Below, in pieces: positions 28,689-38,942 of a stretch of DNA of 64,000 nt. The stretch comes from an uncultured virus (IMG/VR IMGVR_UViG_3300046536_000394) (taxonomy: Duplodnaviria; Heunggongvirae; Uroviricota; Caudoviricetes): the IMG/VR virus record IMGVR_UViG_3300046536_000394, one strand, 5' to 3'. The notes under the pieces are model-generated. The model was not told the DNA's origin, made no database searches, and saw nothing but the letters and a program-made list of their open reading frames with translations. The translations under genes were made by a program, and so were the position numbers. Numbering within the stretch: position 1 is the stretch's first letter; every line of letters starts with the position of its first letter.

Positions 28689-30266
28689 GTGACCATCATT
28701 GACAACAGGACGGTGCATCGGAACTACCCGCTTCCGAACAACGCCAATAATCTTTTGGATGACGTCGCCCGCCTCATCTCCGCAATGGTGGGCGTCGATG
28801 TCGATATCGACGCCCTCTACGCTGCGGTTGCTGCGGCGACGTCACTGAATAGCCCGATCTTCACCGGGAACCCAAGGGGGCCAACCCCGACGGCCGGTGA
28901 CAACAGCAGCTCGCTAGCAACGACGGCCTTCATCGTGACGGCCCTCACCAACTTCCTTACATCGCCAAACTTCCTTGTCTCCCCAACGGCGCCGACGCAG
29001 ATCGTTTCCGACAACAGCACGAAGCTTGCAAACACCGCGTTTGTCGCTCGTGCCGTTGCCAATCTCGTCAACTCATCGCCGGCTAGCCTCGACACCCTGA
29101 AGGAGCTCGCCGACGCGCTTGGCGACGATGCCAATTTCGCAACAACGATCACAACGTTGATCGCGACGAAGCTGGCGCTATCCGGCGGGACGATGTCGGG
29201 TGACATCGCCATGGGCGGACACAACATATCCGGTCTCGCGCAGATCAACGGCGCCGGCATCAAAGGTCCGCGCAGCCCGGTCATCAATGGCAACTTTGAT
29301 ATTTGGCAGCGAGCTCTATCGTCGAGCGCGAATGGGTTTGGCTCTGCTGACCGCTCCGCTGATCTTCACAATGGGTCAACCAAGGTTCATTCGCAGCAGG
29401 CATTTACCCTGGGGCAAACAGCCGTCCCCGGCAACCCGAAGTTTTTCTCTCGCACCGCGGTAACTTCCGTCGCCGGAGCCGGAAACTACGTCCTGAAGTC
29501 ATGGCCGATAATGGACGTCAACACGTTCGCGGGGAAGACGGTCACCGCGGTCTTTTGGGCCAGATCATCTGTGGCGCAAAACATGGCGTTCGATATGCGC
29601 CAGTATTTCGGCACCGGTGGCTCTCCATCCGCTGATGTCACCGCGATCGGGGCGCAGCGGCTAGCCTTGACGACGTCATGGCAGAAGTTTGCGTTAGTCA
29701 TCAGCGTGCCTCCAATAAGCGCCAAGACACTAGGATCGAATGGCGACCACTCGCTGATCCCGACGATGTGGTTTGACGCCGGTTCCAACTTCAACGCGCG
29801 CACCGGATCACTTGGGCAACTGTCAGGAACCTTCGATATATCCAGGTTTGATCTAATTGAGGGTGACGTCAGTTTGGAGCCGGATCCTCACACCAATGAG
29901 GATTTCTTTGAAACCCTAAGGAGATGCCTGCCTTACTGCGAGAAATCGTATGAATACGGGGCTTTCCAGGGGGCTAGCGGGAATGGGGTACAGTTTGAGA
30001 CATCCTTGGATGTGCAGACTTTCCATGGAGCCGGTTACACTAGGTTTGCTGGCCGAAAAAGGACACCCCCAACCGTTTCATTGTGGGCAGCAACAACGGG
30101 AACGTCAGGCGTCTTTTATAATTTTTCAGCTGCGGCAAACCAGGGGAATATTGCTATCTCGAGCGTAAGCGAAACTTCTTTTCGAGCTTATTGCGGAAAT
30201 AACGCAATGACGGCAAACAACCTTTTTGGCTTCCAGTGGCTAGCGGAAAGTGAGTTAGCGCCATGA
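28689..30266 (+). CDS. tail fibre protein
   Basis: SPIFTGNPRGPT, DNSTKLANTAFV, LDTLKELADALGDDANFATT, INGNFDIWQR, LRRCLPYCEKSY. Confidence 0.92.
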   Translation: MTIIDNRTVHRNYPLPNNANNLLDDVARLISAMVGVDVDIDALYAAVAAATSLNSPIFTGNPRGPTPTAGDNSSSLATTAFIVTALTNFLTSPNFLVSPTAPTQIVSDNSTKLANTAFVARAVANLVNSSPASLDTLKELADALGDDANFATTITTLIATKLALSGGTMSGDIAMGGHNISGLAQINGAGIKGPRSPVINGNFDIWQRALSSSANGFGSADRSADLHNGSTKVHSQQAFTLGQTAVPGNPKFFSRTAVTSVAGAGNYVLKSWPIMDVNTFAGKTVTAVFWARSSVAQNMAFDMRQYFGTGGSPSADVTAIGAQRLALTTSWQKFALVISVPPISAKTLGSNGDHSLIPTMWFDAGSNFNARTGSLGQLSGTFDISRFDLIEGDVSLEPDPHTNEDFFETLRRCLPYCEKSYEYGAFQGASGNGVQFETSLDVQTFHGAGYTRFAGRKRTPPTVSLWAATTGTSGVFYNFSAAANQGNIAISSVSETSFRAYCGNNAMTANNLFGFQWLAESELAP

Positions 30267-30712
30267 TGACTGTTATCGGGTTCACCGACTCCGGAATGAT
30301 CAATATAGACATCGATGGGATAACCAGCTTCGTCCCCGATGATGCCCGCAACACCCATCGTCAAGAGATCGCCGCCTGGGAAGCGGAAGGCAATACGATC
30401 CCGCCCTACATTGCCCCGCCTCCGCCGGTTCCGGATCAGATCAGCGATCGGCAGTTCTTCCAGCAGCTCTCGATCATGGGTTTGATTACCCAGGCGGAAG
30501 CGTTGTCCGCTGTTCAAGTCGGGACGATACCCGCCGCGATGGAAACCTTCATCGGCTCTCTTCCGTCTGACAGCCAGTTCAGCGCGCGGATGGTATTGAC
30601 CGGAGCGACCACATTCCAGCGCTCGCACCCGCTTGTCGCAATGTTCGGCGCCGCCCAAGGGATGACGTCGGCGCAGATCGACGCACTATGGATCGCCGCC
30701 TCGGCGCTCTAA
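30263..30712 (+). CDS. tail fibre assembly/chaperone protein
   Basis: WEAEGNTIPPY, VPDQISDRQF, FQRSHPLV, QIDALWIAA. Confidence 0.75.
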   Translation: MMTVIGFTDSGMINIDIDGITSFVPDDARNTHRQEIAAWEAEGNTIPPYIAPPPPVPDQISDRQFFQQLSIMGLITQAEALSAVQVGTIPAAMETFIGSLPSDSQFSARMVLTGATTFQRSHPLVAMFGAAQGMTSAQIDALWIAASAL

Positions 30713-30774
30713 ACTGAAGCCCACCCCAAGCCGGCGCCTCGCCGATAATTCCCAACCACATAGGAGAAAACTCG

Positions 30775-32250
30775 ATGACGCAGGTCATGGGTATCAAAAT
30801 GCTGCGCGACGGTCTTTCGCCGCAGTCCGTTATCGGCGCAGACATGGCCGTCATCGGCGTCGTCGGCACCGCCCCGCTCGCCAATGCGACGCTGTTCCCG
30901 CTGGACACGCCTGTCCTCGTCAACACCAATGATGCCGTCATGGTCGCCGCGCTTGGCTCCACCGGCACCCTGGCTGATGCCATCAAGGCGATCTCGGCGC
31001 AGATGAACAACACGGCGGCCGCCAAGGTTGTCGTTTGCCGCGTCACGTACGATGCGGTCACCGCCAACCAGATCACGAACCTGCTCGGGTCCGAAGGCGC
31101 GGGCACTGGCATCTGGTCGCTGCTCGAGGGTCCGCAGACCCTTGGTCTCACCCCGCGCCTGCTCGTTGTGCCTGGCTTCTCGTCGCAGACTGAAAACGGC
31201 GTCGCCTCGATCGCGATCAACACCCCGGGTATCAACTACACCGCTGACTTCCCGGTCACCGCAACGGGCGGCGGCGGCACCGGTTTCGCCGGCATCGCAC
31301 ACGTCGCCGATGGGGCCATCCAGTCGATCGAGATCACCAACCCGGGCAAGAGCTACACGACTCCTCCGACCCTCGTGCTCACCGCAGGATCCGGCACCAC
31401 TGGCGCCGCAACTGCAACGCTTGGCGCCGTCGGCAATCAGATCTGCGCAACGATGCCAACCATCGCCGGCCGTCTGAAAGCGAAGTGGATCCCGGAAGGC
31501 CCGACCACGTACTCGGCTTGGCTCACCTGGCTCGGCACGCTGCCCCGCGACATGAACACGCTGCACCCGCTGCAGCAGAGCGCACTAGTAACGGTTGCCG
31601 GTTCCACGGTATCAAAGCCGCTGTCGCCCTACGTCGCCGCTCTCTACGCGCAGCAGGACAATGCCAACGGCGGCATCCCTTCGCACTGCGTCGCCAACCA
31701 GCCGATCCTCGGTATCGTCGGGGTGTCACCCGCGATCGTCCTGGACATCACCAACGATTCCAGCCCGGGGATGGCGGCCATCTTCAACCACGCCGGTATC
31801 GTGGTGAAGGGTGACAGCTCCGATGGTGCGTTGTCCGAAGGAGGCTTCACCTTTTGGGGCACGGACACGCTGTCGTCGGATACGCAATGGCTCTTTGCCA
31901 ACGTGGTCCGCCTCCGCGACTACATGGAATTGTCGCTGACCCGCACGCTGCGGTTCTACCTCGGCAAGTTCAACCTGACGCTCCAGACCGTCCAGGCCGT
32001 TGTCAACACGATGGAGACCTTCCTCTCCAGGCTGCGGGCGGACAATCACATCATTGACTTCCGGATCGGCTTCGACCCGAATTCCAATGACCCGGCGTCG
32101 CTCCGCCTCGGTTTCCTCACGCTTCAGTTCGAAGCGGAAGAGCCGGCCCCGTTGCGCTTGCTGACCATCAGCTCGCGTCGTTACGCAGATGCTTTGACGA
32201 CTCTCGTGTCGAACATCTCGATCGCTCTTGGAACCCTCGCCGCCGCCTAA
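30775..32250 (+). CDS. contractile tail sheath protein
   Basis: VIGVVGTAP, TPRLLVVPGFS, GGFTFWGTD, WLFANVVRLRD. Confidence 0.93.
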   Translation: MTQVMGIKMLRDGLSPQSVIGADMAVIGVVGTAPLANATLFPLDTPVLVNTNDAVMVAALGSTGTLADAIKAISAQMNNTAAAKVVVCRVTYDAVTANQITNLLGSEGAGTGIWSLLEGPQTLGLTPRLLVVPGFSSQTENGVASIAINTPGINYTADFPVTATGGGGTGFAGIAHVADGAIQSIEITNPGKSYTTPPTLVLTAGSGTTGAATATLGAVGNQICATMPTIAGRLKAKWIPEGPTTYSAWLTWLGTLPRDMNTLHPLQQSALVTVAGSTVSKPLSPYVAALYAQQDNANGGIPSHCVANQPILGIVGVSPAIVLDITNDSSPGMAAIFNHAGIVVKGDSSDGALSEGGFTFWGTDTLSSDTQWLFANVVRLRDYMELSLTRTLRFYLGKFNLTLQTVQAVVNTMETFLSRLRADNHIIDFRIGFDPNSNDPASLRLGFLTLQFEAEEPAPLRLLTISSRRYADALTTLVSNISIALGTLAAA

Positions 32251-32280
32251 TCCGCGCGTCGCCTTTGAAATTGGAGAAAC

Positions 32281-32829
32281 ATGGAAATGGCCGGAACCAT
32301 TCTCAATCTCGACACCGCCAACTTGTTTGCCGGTGACGACGATCCGAACAGCTCACAGTTCCTGACCTTGAATAGCATCAAGTGGCCGGATCTCGATGAG
32401 AAGATGAAGGCTCACAACCCGGGCGGCGGCGTCATGGCCGTTGACGTCGGGATGCGTTCCCTCGACCCGATGACGCTTAGCTTTAAGCTCGCCGGGATAC
32501 AGCCGGATGTCATGAACCAGTTCATGAACGGCTCGCCACGCCGCAAGAAGTACACGATACGCGGCAACTTGAACGACCTCAAGACACAGGCCGATATCCC
32601 TGTTCTCGGGGTTATCGAGGGCCGGATGATCTCGGTTAAGGTTGGCGAGTTCACCAAGGACAACGGCCTCGACACCGACTACATGATCAAAGAGGTTGTC
32701 TCCTACTCGCTCTTCATCGACGGCGTCGAGAAGCTCTATTTCGACCTCTTTGCCGGCCCGCGTGGGGTTCGCATCGACGGCGTTCCGATCTTCAATGACG
32801 TCGCCCGCAACATCGGATTGGGTGTCTAA
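32281..32829 (+). CDS. major tail tube protein
   Basis: P2 FII-like (HNPGGG, VIEGRM, RIDGV); follows sheath. Confidence 0.88.
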   Translation: MEMAGTILNLDTANLFAGDDDPNSSQFLTLNSIKWPDLDEKMKAHNPGGGVMAVDVGMRSLDPMTLSFKLAGIQPDVMNQFMNGSPRRKKYTIRGNLNDLKTQADIPVLGVIEGRMISVKVGEFTKDNGLDTDYMIKEVVSYSLFIDGVEKLYFDLFAGPRGVRIDGVPIFNDVARNIGLGV

Positions 32830-33188
32830 TGACCGACAAAATCGCAGCACAGACAACGCAGTCGGCGAACCCGCCGGCTGCAGAGGAAGGCCCGAAGCTG
32901 GCCAAGATCGTCACCACGAAGGAGCGCGAGCGGTTCATCGATCTCGAGTATCCGGTGGAATACGATGGCACGCTCTACACGTCGGTCCGCATCCGCCGCG
33001 TCACCGGGACCGACATCGAGGACTACGCGGCAAAGGTTGGCACTCCGGAGGCGGCTCCTATCCCGCCAACGATCGATTGCCCCTTCGCGGTTTGGAAGGC
33101 GATGGACGCCGATGACGTCGAGACGGTTCTCGAGGCTTCGATGGATTTCTTGCCCCGGCGTATGAAGACGGCGGCCGACCCGATCTAG
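32829..33188 (+). CDS. tail assembly chaperone (gpE-like)
   Basis: LEYPVEYDG...VRIRR...MDADD; precedes tape measure gene. Confidence 0.85.
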   Translation: MTDKIAAQTTQSANPPAAEEGPKLAKIVTTKERERFIDLEYPVEYDGTLYTSVRIRRVTGTDIEDYAAKVGTPEAAPIPPTIDCPFAVWKAMDADDVETVLEASMDFLPRRMKTAADPI

Positions 33189-33352
33189 CGATTTGGCGGC
33201 AATACGTCGGTCTCGTCAGTGCCACTTTCTCCACCCCTATCGACGTTGTCATGGGGTGGGATTGGCTGAAAACGCTGGAGTGGTACATCGAAGCCTACAA
33301 CACGAAAATCGTCGATGTCTACATCCAGGCTCGGCTATCAATGAACAGGTGA
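33143..33352 (+). CDS. -1 frameshift extension of the tail chaperone (gpE+E'-like)
   Basis: -1 frame open from GGATTTC at 33143 to TGA 33352: ...WRQYVGLVSATFSTPIDVVMGWDWLKTLEWYIEA... Confidence 0.65.
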   Translation, partial: GFLAPAYEDGGRPDLAIWRQYVGLVSATFSTPIDVVMGWDWLKTLEWYIEAYNTKIVDVYIQARLSMNR

Positions 33353-33355
33353 GGA

Positions 33356-35518
33356 ATGGCAAAAGTCCTAATCGGTGAGCTCCTCCTTAAATTCAAGGAT
33401 GAAAGCGGACCTGGAGCGAAGAAGGCCGCGGCCGAGATCTCGGGTTCCCTCGGGAAGATCGAGTCGGCCGCGAAGCGTCTCAATGAGTTGCCGTGGGGTG
33501 GAAAGTTTACGCAGCAGCTCGACAAGCTCGGCGCAAAATCCGCGGATCTCGTTAAGCTTAGGGAAGCGTGGGATCGCCTCTACACCGATATCGAGACCCG
33601 CAACCTTTCGAAGGCGCTGAAGAAATCAGAGCTCGGCAATTGGAAGAACGCCACCCTGCAGCATTTCGTCCAGCAGCAGCAGGCGATGCGCTCCGAACTG
33701 GACCTCTCCGAGAAGAAGGCGAAGTCCTGGAAGCAAAGCATCAAGGCCATGACCGAAGTCGGCTTGGTCTCCCTCGGCGCCTACACCGGCGCCTATATGG
33801 GCGGCGTCGTCCTGAAGAGCGGGTTCGAAGCTTCCGCCGATTGGGAACGTGAGAAATACAGGCTGGCGCAGACCGGCTACAGCAAGGCCGACCAAGACGC
33901 TGCGATTAAGAATTCGCAGGACATCACGATGAAGTATCCGCAGATCTCCGGAACGCAGGCGCTCGAGCTGACGAAATCGGCGATCGCGGCAACTGGCGGC
34001 ACCGCGGAAGGTCTTAGTATCGCGAAGCTCCTCGCCCAAGCCCAAGCGGTTTACCAATCGCAAGGCAAGGACGTGAACGTCGGCAACGAGATGGCGCAGT
34101 TCACCAAGGGCGGCGAATTGACCGGCCTCATCAAGCCTGGCCCAGGCGGCACCGATCGGTTCAAGACCGCCCTCGATAACTGGCTCAAGTTTTCGCAGAT
34201 CGAAGGCCAGTATATGAGCATGTCGGACTTCTTCGCGATGTCCAGGCGGGCCAAGGGCGCCTTCTCCGGCGCCAATGATGACTTCATCGCGTTGCTACCG
34301 CATTTTGGCGTCGAGATGACGGGCCCAGGCGCGGGTACAGCGTTCAGCTCGCTCAACAACACGTACCTCAACAATGCGCCTGGCGTCGGCTTCGGCAAGG
34401 CCCAAAAGGCGGAGCAAGAGCGGATTGGTATCCGTGACGACAACGGGCTTATCGGCCGGCGCGAGTTTCAAGCGAACCCCGCGGCGTGGACCTTGAAGTA
34501 CATGATCCCCGCGCTGCAGAAGGCCGGGGTCAATATCGACGATCCCGGTGACGTCCAGGCCGAAATGCGCAAGATCATCGGCAACGCCAACGCCGCCAAT
34601 ATGCAGGGGATCATGGTCAACCAAAGGGCCATGATCCAAAAGGGCATTGATCAGCGCTCCGGCGCCGTCGGCGCGGATACCGCAGATCAGGCCCGTTACA
34701 TGGATCCTTATTCCGGATGGATGGGCTTCATCAACTCGCTGAAGAACCTGGCAGCGGCCGTGGGCGAAGGCCCAATGGGCGCAACCATCAAGGGCCTCAA
34801 CGGGATAACGGACGCGATCAACCGGATGCAATCGGTCTGGCGCGACGGCGGCGCTCTTGGCAAGGCTGAAGTCGGCGGCGGCATCATGGCCGGCGGCTAC
34901 GGCGCTTACAAGCTGATCGCTGGCGTCTACGCTCTCGCCACGGCCGGCCCCGCCTTGAACGCATCTGCGATCGCCCTTGATGGCGCCGCAGCAGCGCTTG
35001 TGGAGGCGGCAGGGGTTGAAGCTGCCGGCGGTCTTGCGGGCGGCAAGAACGGCCCCAAGGGCGGCCTTTTGGGATGGGGTATCTATGGCGCAATGGTAGG
35101 CGGCATCGATTCGCTGTTCCGTCCAGGTGCAGGATTGACCGGTGCGCCGCGCTGGCACTTCGGAGTCGACGACTTGCTTCGGAACATCATCGCCAAGTCC
35201 GGAGCTGGACAAGGCGCGGGAACGCCGACTTCAGTCCTCGACGCTCAACGAGGCGGCGCAGGATCGAACCCGCTACAAAGCGCCATCGACCACGCCTCCG
35301 CATTGGGCGGCGCCCTTAATGTCAAAGCGAAGCCAATGGTTGACGTCTCATCCATTGAGGCGGCGATCGGCAAGGCGAACCAGCTCGTCAGCATCCTCGG
35401 CGTTGCGCAGAGCGCGGCTCGAGCCTCGACCAACTTCGATCTGCCATCGACAACGGGCGCCGGATCCGTCGGCCGTGAAATGAATAGAAACCTCGCCGAC
35501 CATGGAGTCGTACCGTAA
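33356..35518 (+). CDS. tail tape measure protein
   Basis: 720 aa, Ala/Gly-rich, helical; between chaperone and gpU. Confidence 0.88.
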   Translation: MAKVLIGELLLKFKDESGPGAKKAAAEISGSLGKIESAAKRLNELPWGGKFTQQLDKLGAKSADLVKLREAWDRLYTDIETRNLSKALKKSELGNWKNATLQHFVQQQQAMRSELDLSEKKAKSWKQSIKAMTEVGLVSLGAYTGAYMGGVVLKSGFEASADWEREKYRLAQTGYSKADQDAAIKNSQDITMKYPQISGTQALELTKSAIAATGGTAEGLSIAKLLAQAQAVYQSQGKDVNVGNEMAQFTKGGELTGLIKPGPGGTDRFKTALDNWLKFSQIEGQYMSMSDFFAMSRRAKGAFSGANDDFIALLPHFGVEMTGPGAGTAFSSLNNTYLNNAPGVGFGKAQKAEQERIGIRDDNGLIGRREFQANPAAWTLKYMIPALQKAGVNIDDPGDVQAEMRKIIGNANAANMQGIMVNQRAMIQKGIDQRSGAVGADTADQARYMDPYSGWMGFINSLKNLAAAVGEGPMGATIKGLNGITDAINRMQSVWRDGGALGKAEVGGGIMAGGYGAYKLIAGVYALATAGPALNASAIALDGAAAALVEAAGVEAAGGLAGGKNGPKGGLLGWGIYGAMVGGIDSLFRPGAGLTGAPRWHFGVDDLLRNIIAKSGAGQGAGTPTSVLDAQRGGAGSNPLQSAIDHASALGGALNVKAKPMVDVSSIEAAIGKANQLVSILGVAQSAARASTNFDLPSTTGAGSVGREMNRNLADHGVVP

Positions 35519-35937
35519 TGCTCGCAGCTCTCGGACCCGTAGTTTTCGACATCCGCGTTGATCTGCAGTCGATCTCGGAAACCGAGAAAAGCAGCTTTGC
35601 GAAACACGAGATCCTTGGCGGCTCGCCGATCTATGAGCCCGTCGGGGAAGAGGAAGGGAAGATCACGCTGAAAGGCACGCTCCTCCCCTACTTCCTCGGC
35701 GGCCTCAATGGTCTCGCCGCGATCCATCAAGCCCGCCTGCAGAAGCTACCGTTGCCGCTGATGCGGGGTGACTTCCAGCCGCGATCGTGGGTGCTCATCG
35801 ACTCGATCACTCGCGAAGATACGGAGCTCGATGCCGGCGAAGGTATCGGACACAGCATCGAATACACGGTTGAGCTGATCAAAGTCGGGACGCCTGACAT
35901 CTCTTCGGCGGCCTCCATCCTCCGCCTCTTCCTCTGA
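35518..35937 (+). CDS. tail protein gpU-like
   Basis: MLAALGPVVF, ITLKGTLLP, LMRGD...WVLIDSI. Confidence 0.88.
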   Translation: MLAALGPVVFDIRVDLQSISETEKSSFAKHEILGGSPIYEPVGEEEGKITLKGTLLPYFLGGLNGLAAIHQARLQKLPLPLMRGDFQPRSWVLIDSITREDTELDAGEGIGHSIEYTVELIKVGTPDISSAASILRLFL

Positions 35938-35947
35938 AGGAGCCGTA

Positions 35948-36184
35948 ATGGCAGACGCAACCATCCTGACTGAAACCGTTGGGGTGCAGGGTCTCACCCT
36001 GGCCGCGGCGATCTGGCGCAAGTTCAAGAAACAGCCGCAGGGCTTCCTCGAGAAAGTCCTCGACCTGAACCCGGGCCTCTCCGGATCCGACATCCTCGCC
36101 GTTGGAACCGTTATCAACTTTCCGCTCGAGGAGTTGACGGCTCCGGCGGGCAAGGATCCGAACGTCGTCAGATTGTGGGATTGA
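35948..36184 (+). CDS. tail protein X
   Basis: EKVLDLNPGL...GTVINFP...VRLWD. Confidence 0.9.
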   Translation: MADATILTETVGVQGLTLAAAIWRKFKKQPQGFLEKVLDLNPGLSGSDILAVGTVINFPLEELTAPAGKDPNVVRLWD

Positions 36185-36188
36185 AACC

Positions 36189-37202
36189 ATGGGCTTCATG
36201 CTCGCAACGCAGTGTCAGGTCATCATCCAGGGGACCGACGTTACCTCGCGGTTCGACCCGCATCTGAAGTCGCTGAAGATCACCCGCACCCACGGTAAAG
36301 CTGCGGACGAATGCACGATCGACCTCGCAGATCCCGACGGTTACATCCTGCTCCCCCAGGAGCGCGCGACGGTTCTGGTCAACATCAACGGCCAGCAAGC
36401 CTTCAAGGGCTTCGTCTCCGATGTCGATTACAAGTTCGGCAAGGAAGGGCGCGAGCTGTCGCTGACGGCCTCGAGCGTCGACCATGGATCAAAGGTCAAG
36501 GAACCGAAGCTGAAGCACAAGGACGGAGGATCCCTCCAGGACGCCGCCTCGGAATTCGGCAAGTCGGCTGGATTGACCACGCACGTCGCCGGCTCGATCA
36601 CTTCGGTCCAGCGCGGCTATTGGCTACAGCAGAACGAATCCTTCATGGCCTGGGGGCAGCGGATCGCCAATGAAGTCGGCGCGTCCTGGAAGATCATCGG
36701 GACCGACGCCTACATGGTGGCGATCTCCGAAGGGATCTCGATCTCCGGCAAGACGCTGCAGGCGATCACGGCAACATACGGCATCAACCTGCTTTCGGGA
36801 TCGGTGTCACCAATCATCTCGAGGCCGAAGTTTTCGGACGTCAAGATCTCCTACTTCGATCGCGCCAAGGGCGAGAAGGTGGAGGAGACCGTCCCGACCG
36901 GCATCGATGACGTCGACACCGCTCTCCGGACCGTCATCACGGCGGCGGACTCAAACCAGTCGAAGCAAAAGGCAAAGGCCCATGGCAAGCATTCGAAGCG
37001 GGAAAAGGGATCGGCCTCCATCGTCATCCTCGGCGACGTCCGCGCGGAGCCTGAGGCCATTGTCACCCTGGCAGGAATTCGTCCGGGGATTGACGGTGAA
37101 TACCGCATCGGGTCCGTTTCCCACGACATCGGCAGGGGCGGCTTCACCACGAACCTTTCACTCAAAGAGCCCCAGGGCAAAGCAGGAATCGACAAGCGAT
37201 GA
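36189..37202 (+). CDS. baseplate hub / late control D protein
   Basis: ADECTIDLAD, QQNESFM, GIRPGIDGEYRIGSVSH, GGFTT. Confidence 0.9.
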   Translation: MGFMLATQCQVIIQGTDVTSRFDPHLKSLKITRTHGKAADECTIDLADPDGYILLPQERATVLVNINGQQAFKGFVSDVDYKFGKEGRELSLTASSVDHGSKVKEPKLKHKDGGSLQDAASEFGKSAGLTTHVAGSITSVQRGYWLQQNESFMAWGQRIANEVGASWKIIGTDAYMVAISEGISISGKTLQAITATYGINLLSGSVSPIISRPKFSDVKISYFDRAKGEKVEETVPTGIDDVDTALRTVITAADSNQSKQKAKAHGKHSKREKGSASIVILGDVRAEPEAIVTLAGIRPGIDGEYRIGSVSHDIGRGGFTTNLSLKEPQGKAGIDKR

Positions 37203-37825
37203 TTAACCGCAAGATCTTCACGGACACACTGAGGAAGTCGATCTTCTCGACCGGCTACACCGTCAACCAGATCGGCGGCATCGATGCGATCTTGACGAAG
37301 TGGGAAGCCTCCGGACTCGCCGATCTGCGCTGGCTCGCCTACATGATGGCGACGGCCTATCACGAGACGGCCCGCACGATGCAGCCGGTTCGCGAGACCC
37401 TCGCGGCGAACGACAACCAGGCCATCGCTATCCTGGAGCGCTCCTTTGCTCGAGGCTCGATGCCGTGGGTGAAATCTCCGTACTGGCGCCTCGATGCCGA
37501 CGGCAAGTCCTGGCTCGGTCGCGGCTTGGTCCAGCTCACGTTCAAAGCCAATTACGAAAAGCTGGCCGCCTTGATCGGCGTCGACATCGTCAAAACCCCG
37601 GCGCTTGCCATGAACATGGATGTCGCTCTCGATATCCTCTTCGAAGGCATGACAAAGGGCGCCAGCAACCGCGGCGACTTCACCGGCGTCTCCCTCGAGG
37701 ATTTCTTCAACGACAAGGTCTCGGACTGGACCAACGCCCGCAAAATCATCAATGGCCTCGAGTCGGCCGGCGTCATCGCAGGCTACGGCCAGACGATATA
37801 TGCCGCGCTCAAACTCGCCGCATAA
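37199..37825 (+). CDS. endolysin, GH19-like
   Basis: LAYMMATAYHET..TMQPVRE, GRGLVQLT..ANY, ARKIING. Confidence 0.88.
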   Translation: MINRKIFTDTLRKSIFSTGYTVNQIGGIDAILTKWEASGLADLRWLAYMMATAYHETARTMQPVRETLAANDNQAIAILERSFARGSMPWVKSPYWRLDADGKSWLGRGLVQLTFKANYEKLAALIGVDIVKTPALAMNMDVALDILFEGMTKGASNRGDFTGVSLEDFFNDKVSDWTNARKIINGLESAGVIAGYGQTIYAALKLAA

Positions 37826-37834
37826 GGAGCTACC

Positions 37835-38140
37835 ATGACCAGCAATTGCAACGTTGTTCTCTCCAAGCGATCGCCTGGAGTTATCGTCCTGTCCTTGGTC
37901 ACCGCTGCGATCGACGACATGGATGACGTCACCGTCGGCGCATCCGCCGCGAACATCGGCATGACGGCAACCGGATCCGACCAGATTTGGGAAGTCACCC
38001 CTGATGTCGATGTCCGCGCGCTGTGGAGCCCTGGCGGATCCACGGCCGTAACGGCGACAACCGGCCGAAAGCTCAAAGCCGGCGTCCCCTACACCTTCGC
38101 TGCCGTGGCCGGTCAAGGCTGCAGCATGATGTTGGCCTGA
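37835..38140 (+). CDS. hypothetical small beta-rich protein
   Basis: TAAGGAG RBS, 101 aa, inside the lysis cassette. Confidence 0.65.
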   Translation: MTSNCNVVLSKRSPGVIVLSLVTAAIDDMDDVTVGASAANIGMTATGSDQIWEVTPDVDVRALWSPGGSTAVTATTGRKLKAGVPYTFAAVAGQGCSMMLA

Positions 38141-38142
38141 CG

Positions 38143-38409
38143 ATGAAGGGGCTCCTGCAGTACCTCAAGACCTCGACACTGAAACGCGAGGCGTCGTCCC
38201 TTCTGATGCTGTGGCTCCTCACCATGGCTACAAGAGCGTTCTGGAATGCGGACGTCGCGACGCAGATCACCATCCTCGGAATGTTTATTCCGTTCGCCTT
38301 CGCGGCTTTCGCTGGCGCGTTTACCATGGATTGGGTCTCAAAGCAGACCACCATGGGCGGGCCGCCGACAAATGATATCGCGGTCAACCAGGATAAGGTT
38401 GCATCATGA
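38143..38409 (+). CDS. putative holin
   Basis: 88 aa, two hydrophobic segments, between endolysin and spanins. Confidence 0.65.
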   Translation: MKGLLQYLKTSTLKREASSLLMLWLLTMATRAFWNADVATQITILGMFIPFAFAAFAGAFTMDWVSKQTTMGGPPTNDIAVNQDKVAS

Positions 38410-38942
38410 GCGTGATCTTCACCTTCGTTCTAGTGGCGCTCAAAGGCGCCCTTGTTGCCATCGGCGACTTCTTTGCCGCCGTCTACAAGGCGTTCGGAGC
38501 CATCGGTATCGTCTGCGTCGGCCTGATCATCACAAACATCGGAACCGTCACCTATTACGAGGGGATCCCGTTGATCAGGCACGTCTGGTACATCGGCGAT
38601 CTCCCCATCGTCGGCCGGCTCGCGATCGGCGAGGCGCAGCGCAGAGTGAACGCCGCGGTCCTATCGGCGCAACACGCATACGCCGTTGCCATGGAAATCA
38701 CCGCCAGAAGGGCGACGTTGGACACGGAGGCGAAAAGTCAGGCCGCAGCACTCGTTGTAGCGTCCGGCTTCAAAGAGCTCCTGGCGCGCTCGCAGAAAAC
38801 CGAAGACCTGAAAACGAAGGAATTGAAAGATGTGCTTGCTAAAGCGGCGGACAGCCGTCGTGCTGCTGGCGATCCTTGCGGCCGCATTGATGCTGCCCGC
38901 GTTGACCTCCTGCGGAGTCACGGATTCAAGATCGTTAACTGA
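38406..38942 (+). CDS. i-spanin (Rz-like)
   Basis: N-terminal hydrophobic segments, coiled coil, C-terminal Cys; overlapped by a lipoprotein gene. Confidence 0.7.
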   Translation: MSVIFTFVLVALKGALVAIGDFFAAVYKAFGAIGIVCVGLIITNIGTVTYYEGIPLIRHVWYIGDLPIVGRLAIGEAQRRVNAAVLSAQHAYAVAMEITARRATLDTEAKSQAAALVVASGFKELLARSQKTEDLKTKELKDVLAKAADSRRAAGDPCGRIDAARVDLLRSHGFKIVN

